From contig OY986947.1 in NCBI GenBank assembly GCA_963920595.1, forward strand, positions 3,162,001-3,226,000: 64,000 nt of DNA, read 5' to 3'. The DNA is from Eimeria praecox. Taxonomy: Eukaryota. The notes beneath the pieces were generated by a model. The model worked only from the letters and a program-made list of their open reading frames with translations, was not told where the DNA came from and made no database searches. Positions 58,271-64,000 of this stretch are shown here, in pieces. How positions within the stretch are numbered: the stretch's first letter is position 1; each line of letters starts with the position of its first letter. The position numbers and the translations under genes were made by a program.

Positions 58271-59147
58271 GAAGCAGAAGATGAATATATATGTTTGACT
58301 CGTCTCATTCAAACAGCGATATTTGGTGCTGTGTTTGCTGCTGTAGCACATTCTCACCCCGACTCTAGCATCAGCAGCAGCAGCAACAGCAGCAACAGCA
58401 ACAACAGCAACAGCAGCAGCAGCAGCAAGAGCAGCAAGAGCAGCAGCGTGAAGAACAGCAATCATAAGAGGAGTAGCAACGTAGCAGTTAAGGTCTTATC
58501 TCTAAATTTATTCAAACAAAGCAGTTCTTCTCTTCAAGAGGATTTTCTGTCTGAGGTTATGTTGTACGATCTACTCAAGGGCCATCCCAATATAACTACA
58601 CCTGCTCGGGTGTATGTGGAGCTGCAGCAGCAGCTGCTGCTGCTGCTCTTCCCCATTGCTGAGTTCGAGGATTTGTTTGAAGTCCTTAAGAAGCGAAAAG
58701 AGGCATTTAAGGAAACAGAAGTAAGCAGAGAATGCACACGATGCTGATGCTGATGATGTTGATGATGCTGTTGATGATGCTGCTGCTGTTGATGCTGCTG
58801 TTGATGCTGCTGTTGATGGTGCTGTTGATGCTGTTGATGCTGTTGCTGTTGCTGTTGATGGTGCTGTTGATGCTGATGCTGTTGATGCTGTTGATGCTGC
58901 TGTTGCTGCTGTTGATGATGCTGCTGCTGTTGATGCTGTTGATGCTGTTGCTGTTGATGGTGCTGTTGTTGCTGCTGCTGCTGTTGATGCTGTTGATGCT
59001 GTTGCTGTTGATGGTGCTGTTGATGCTGATGCCGTTGATGCTGCTGTTGATGCTGCTGTTGATGCTGGTGGTGATGCTGTTGATGCTGCTGCTGTTGATG
59101 CTGATGCTGTTGATGTTGTTGCTGCTGCTGTCTGTTGTTGTTGCTGC

Positions 59148-59178
<31 letters not shown>

Positions 59179-59884
59179 CGTGTGTCTCTGTTTTCTGTCT
59201 TCCTGCATTATGATGAGTCTTTACCTCACCACAGATTTAGGGTTTAGGGTTTAGGGTTTAGGGTTTAGGGTTTAGGGTTTAGGGTTTAGGGTTTAGGGTT
59301 TAGGGTTTAGGGTTTAGGGTTTAGGGTTTAGGGTTTAGGGTTTAGGGTTTAGGGTTTAGGGTTTAGGGTTTTGTGTGTAGGTGCGGTGGATGGCTCGCCA
59401 ACTGTTAGACGCGGTTTTGTTTCTTCATAATCGAGGAATCGCTATGCGGGGTTAGTTAGATAAACCCTAAACCCTAAACCCTAAACCCTAAACCCTAAAC
59501 CCTAAACCCTAGAAACCCTAGCAACCCTAGAAACCCTAGAAACCGTAGAAACCCTAAACCCTAACCCCCAAAACCCCTGTTCCTTGATAGCTTTTTATGT
59601 GTCTCTTCTTCCCGTGAGAACGCTAAACCCTAACCCCTCCTCCCTCCCCCCTTAAACCCTAAACCCTAAACCCTGGAAAACCTAGAAACCCTAAACCCTA
59701 AACCCTCTTCTCTTGTGTGTGTGTGTGTGTTTTTAATAAATAAACAGACTTGTCTCTAGAGAACGTCTTAATCTTTCGCTGTCAGGAGACGGGGGCTATC
59801 GTCCCGTGTTTAACAGATCCAGGACAGGCAGTTATAGCTCTACCTTCTCGTGCTGCTGCAGCTCTTGCTGCAGCAGAAAACCAA

Positions 59885-59925
<41 letters not shown>

Positions 59926-60118
59926 GCAGCAGCAAGATAGCCTGCATAACATACAACCAACAGCTATTTTAGATACAGATAAAATAATAAGAAGAGCATC
60001 CTCCTCGCATCATCATGTGTCTCCTTCTGTTCTTCTATCTCCAAATAAATTATTTGGGAAAAGCTTCAGGCCCCCTGAGGTTTATACAAGAAAACCGTTA
60101 GTTGTTTAGATACTACAG

Positions 60119-60158
<40 letters not shown>

Positions 60159-60322
60159 AGGGGTGCTGCTGCTGCTAGTGGTGGTGGTGCTGCTAGTGGT
60201 GGTGGTGGTGGTGCTGCTGCTGCTGCTAGGGGTGCTGCTGCTGCTGCTGCTAGTGGTGGTGCTGCTGCTAGTGGTGGTGGTGGTGCTGCTAGTGGTGGTG
60301 GTGGTGCTGCTGCTGCTAGTGG

Positions 60323-60354
<32 letters not shown>

Positions 60355-60455
60355 TTGCTGCTGCTAACGGGCATGTCTGCTGCTGTCTTTGTATCTGTCT
60401 TCTCTCTGTTTTTCTTTCTACAGCGCATGTGTCTTCTGCTGCTGCTATATGTTCT

Positions 60456-60498
<43 letters not shown>

Positions 60499-61041
60499 AT
60501 GCTATTTGCTGCTGCTGCTGCTGCTGTTGCTGCTGCTGTATGTTCTTTGCTTCTGCTGCTGCTTCTGCTGTATGCTACTTGCTGCTGCTGCTGCTGCTGT
60601 ATGCTGTATGCTATTTGCTGCTGCTGCTGCTGCTGCTGTATGCTATTTGCTGCTGCTGCTGCTGTATGCTGTATGCTATTTGCTGCTGCTGCTGCTGCTG
60701 TTGCTGCTGTTGCTGCTGGTGTTCAGATACGACCCGTTCAAGGTTGATAGCTTCTGTTTAGGTTGGATGTTATATTATTGTTTAACTAAGCAACAATTAT
60801 TTAGAAGAGCGCAGGCCTCTGACGATGGTTGGTTGCTGCTTATATCAGAAGAGCAGCAGCAGCTACGCGAGCTGCTGCAGCAGAAGAATGGATCTAAACT
60901 ATCTCCTGCTGCACTTGATTTCTTGCTGCAGCTACTTAAACCGAATCCCATGGAGCGATTATCTGTAGTAGATGCTCTAAGGCATCCGTTTATAACGAAG
61001 GGGCCTGTATCTACTGTATACGCCAATACTTTGTTGCCCCC

Positions 61042-61077
<36 letters not shown>

Positions 61078-61284
61078 TCAAGCAGCAGCAGCAGCAACAG
61101 CAGCACGTACACAACAACAACAAACGGAAGCAGAAGCGAAAAGACTACAACAGAAAATACAACTACAGCAGCAGCAGAAGCACCAGCAGCAGCAGACTGC
61201 CACGAGTAGGTTTCTACAGCAGAAGGCGTATGCGCTGCAGCAGCAGCAAAAGCAGCAGCAGCAGCAAAAGCAACAGCAGCTGCA

Positions 61285-61333
<49 letters not shown>

Positions 61334-61563
61334 GCGAAAGCAGCTGCAGCAGCAGATATATGGACGGAGGTGCAGCACCAATATCATGAATATGAAGGTC
61401 AGCAGCAAACAGCAGAACAGCAACAGCAGCAACAGCACCAGCAGCAGCAGCAGCAGCAGCACCTGCTGCTGCAGCAGCTGCAGCAACCTGGGCGTGCGTC
61501 CTTCGGCCTTCCCAAGCCGGCTCTCCAGGCTCTCCAGCAGCAACATCAGCAGCATCAACAACC

Positions 61564-61600
<37 letters not shown>

Positions 61601-61815
61601 TGTTCACCGCCTCAGAAGCCGCAGCAGCTGCTGCTACCGCAGCAGCAGAAGCAGCAGCAGCAGCAGCAGAAGCAGAAACACCCTCCGTGTTCTTGCTGCT
61701 GCACCTCTTCAGAAGATGAGAGAAGCACTGATGCCTCAGCTGCGCGTACACCCCACGCCAGCACTGATGATGGCAGGCGTCAGATACCGCTGCTGCTGCA
61801 GCAGCAGCAGCTCCT

Positions 61816-61848
<33 letters not shown>

Positions 61849-61971
61849 GCAACGGCAGCAGCAGCAGCAGCAAGGGTTTCGCACAGGCCCTTCTCTTATC
61901 CCCCCGTGTCTTAGCGAACAGCCAGGATATCCGCTGGGGGCCCGCGATGCAGCAGCAGCAGCAGCAGGTGT

Positions 61972-62011
<40 letters not shown>

Positions 62012-62148
62012 CCATCGGGCTGCCTCTCGAATGATTCTGCTTCTGTTTGCTTCCAGGGCTTCAGCAGCCCTACTCTCTCTGCTGCTAGCACAGCAGCAAA
62101 TAGCAGCAGCAGCAACAGCAGCAGCAGAATGCGGTGGTCAGGTTCACT

Positions 62149-62180
<32 letters not shown>

Positions 62181-62352
62181 CAAAAGGCAGCAGCAGCAAA
62201 TCTAGCCTCAGTGCAGCAACAGCAGCAGCAGCAGCAGATCTTCCTGTACCCCACAGACATGTAAACAACATTAAAGGGTTTCTCTCTAAGAGCAGCATCA
62301 GCAGCACCAGCAGCAGCAGCACTACTGCCAGCAACACGACAGCTAGCAGCAA

Positions 62353-62393
<41 letters not shown>

Positions 62394-62505
62394 GCAGCGT
62401 GTATAATGTTCGTAGTGCATTAAGTGTGCTGCGAGTGGGAGGGAGGTTAGGGAGAGTATTAAGCTCGAGAGGCAGCACCCTCTTCGGTAGCAGCAGCAGC
62501 CTGTT

Positions 62506-62582
<77 letters not shown>

Positions 62583-62638
62583 GTGCAGCAGCAGCAAAGC
62601 TTCCTACGCCGCCACCGCTTCAAGGGATACACCGCTGA
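56436..62638 (+). CDS. Atypical Ser/Thr protein kinase (CAMK-like, DLSLEN type) with poly-Q extensions; exons 56436-57908, 58142-58720, 59381-59450, 59748-60096, 60727-62638 (~1460 aa)
   Basis: RLIQTAIFGAVF, VAVK, EDFLSEV, HPNI, DLFEVL, VRWMARQLLDAVLFLHNRGIAMR/DLSLENVL, LTDPGQA, FGKSFRPPEVY, PYDPFKVDSFCLGWMLY, LLKPNPMERLSVVDALRHPFI. Junctions are in phase. Exon 1 and the start are less certain. Confidence 0.88.
59236..59705. repeat. (TTTAGGG)n (59236-59370) and (CCCTAAA)n (59461-~59705) flanking kinase exon 3
   Basis: Directly visible complementary heptamer arrays on either side of exon 59381-59450. Confidence 0.95.
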
Positions 62639-62653
62639 ACAGCTGCTAACAAT

Positions 62654-62688
<35 letters not shown>

Positions 62689-62836
62689 TAGCTCACGCTA
62701 TTCTTCTTGTACCTGCTGCTGCTGCTGCTGCTGCTGCTGTCTGCTGCACCTGGGTTTTGTTGCTGCAGCAAGGAGACAAGAGATACGATGCAGATGGCTT
62801 CTGCTTCTCTCTCTTGTTTTTTGTTTGCTGATTAGT

Positions 62837-62876
62837 CTATCTCCTCTATCTCTCTCTGTCTCTCTGTCTCTCTCTG

Positions 62877-62909
<33 letters not shown>

Positions 62910-63129
62910 GTCTCTCTCTGTATCTCTCTCTCTCTGTCTCTCTCTGTCTGTCTGTCTCTGTCTCTCTGTCTCTCACTCGCCCTTTCTCTCTCTCTGTCTC
63001 TCTCTCTGTCTCTGTCTCTCTCTCTCTGTCTCTGTCTCTCTCTCTCTGTCTCTGTCTCTCTCTGTCTCTCTGTCTGTCTCTGTCTCTCTCTCTCTCTCTG
63101 TCTCTGTCTCTCTCTCTCTGTCCCTCTCT

Positions 63130-63163
<34 letters not shown>

Positions 63164-63225
63164 TTTCTCCCTCTGTCTCTCTCTCTGTCTCTCTCTCTCT
63201 CTTTCTCCCTCTGTCTCTCTCTCTG

Positions 63226-63257
<32 letters not shown>

Positions 63258-63310
63258 TGTCTCTCTCTCTCTCTGCCTCTCTCTCTCTCTGTCTCTCTCT
63301 GTCTCTCTCT
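62837..63310. repeat. (CT)n/(CTGTCT)n polypyrimidine satellite
   Basis: Directly visible; a similar tract lies at ~44580-44760. Confidence 0.9.
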
Positions 63311-63510
63311 GTATTTGTGTATGTTGTTTATTTTATTGCTTCACGTTCATCGCGAGTGTTTGTTGTTTGTTTTTATTATTTGTTTGTTTGTTTTTATTAT
63401 TTGTTTGTTTGTTTTATATATTTGTTTGTTTGTTTTATATTTGTGTTTGTTGTTTTGTATCTCTGTCTCTCTCTGCCTGTCTTTCTTTATATTTGTCTGT
63501 ATTCTATTTC

Positions 63511-63567
<57 letters not shown>

Positions 63568-63686
63568 GTTTGTTTGTTTATATATATAATTATCTTCCTT
63601 CTGTCTTTCTGCCCATACACCGCAGCTTTATATATATATATGTGCAGAATCTTGCACTGGCTGCTTTGAGGTGTACATACACCTCA

Positions 63687-63746
<60 letters not shown>

Positions 63747-64000
63747 TTTAAGGTGTATATACACCTTAAATATTATATTATTTAAGGTGTACAGACACCT
63801 CAAATAACCTCATATAATATTATTTGAGGTGCATGTACACCTCAAACAAATATAGTTGTTTATTTATAAACTCAGGTGTACGTACAGCTCAAAGTATACA
63901 TCTTGTTTATTTGCCTGAGATAAAACACGTATATATATATATATATATATATATATACTAAATATTTAAAGTATGAAATAATTAGAGTTTATGTATATAA

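Noticed and set aside
55645..59705. True chromosome end or telomere-fusion site
   Set aside because: Arrays are short, intronic or intergenic, and embedded in intact genes; interstitial heptamers are a known Eimeria feature.

Overview
Eukaryotic, intron-rich apicomplexan DNA with the repeat signature of an Eimeria (coccidian) repeat-rich chromosome segment: pervasive CAG/CTG triplets giving poly-Q/A/S tracts, interstitial telomere-like TTTAGGG/CCCTAAA heptamers, and TGCATGCA and (TAGC)n arrays. Most entries in the ORF track are off-frame readings of these repeats. By hand-splicing GT-AG exons with phase checks I recover: (1) a giant minus-strand ApiAP2 transcription factor running off the left edge, whose AP2-domain exon is absent from the ORF track; (2) a 5-exon SWEET/MtN3 sugar transporter; (3) a 2-exon putatively secreted hypothetical protein; (4) a CAG-free ~4 kb block holding two decayed Ty3/gypsy retrotransposon relics; (5) a 10-exon ~3760 aa chromatin reader with three PHD-zinc knuckle-PHD modules and a Tudor-like domain; (6) a single-TM hypothetical protein; (7) a 2-exon METTL21-like lysine methyltransferase packed with GGGGCCCC repeats; (8) a candidate hidden 6-exon ~97 aa gene; (9) a 5-exon atypical Ser/Thr kinase (MRD/DPG/PPE). 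The most intriguing unexplained signals are a dispersed, covarying palindrome GGTGT-N4-ACACC that recurs in exons, at predicted splice sites and in tandem clusters, and complementary telomere-repeat arrays bracketing a small kinase exon. All gene models are manual predictions; no database search was run.
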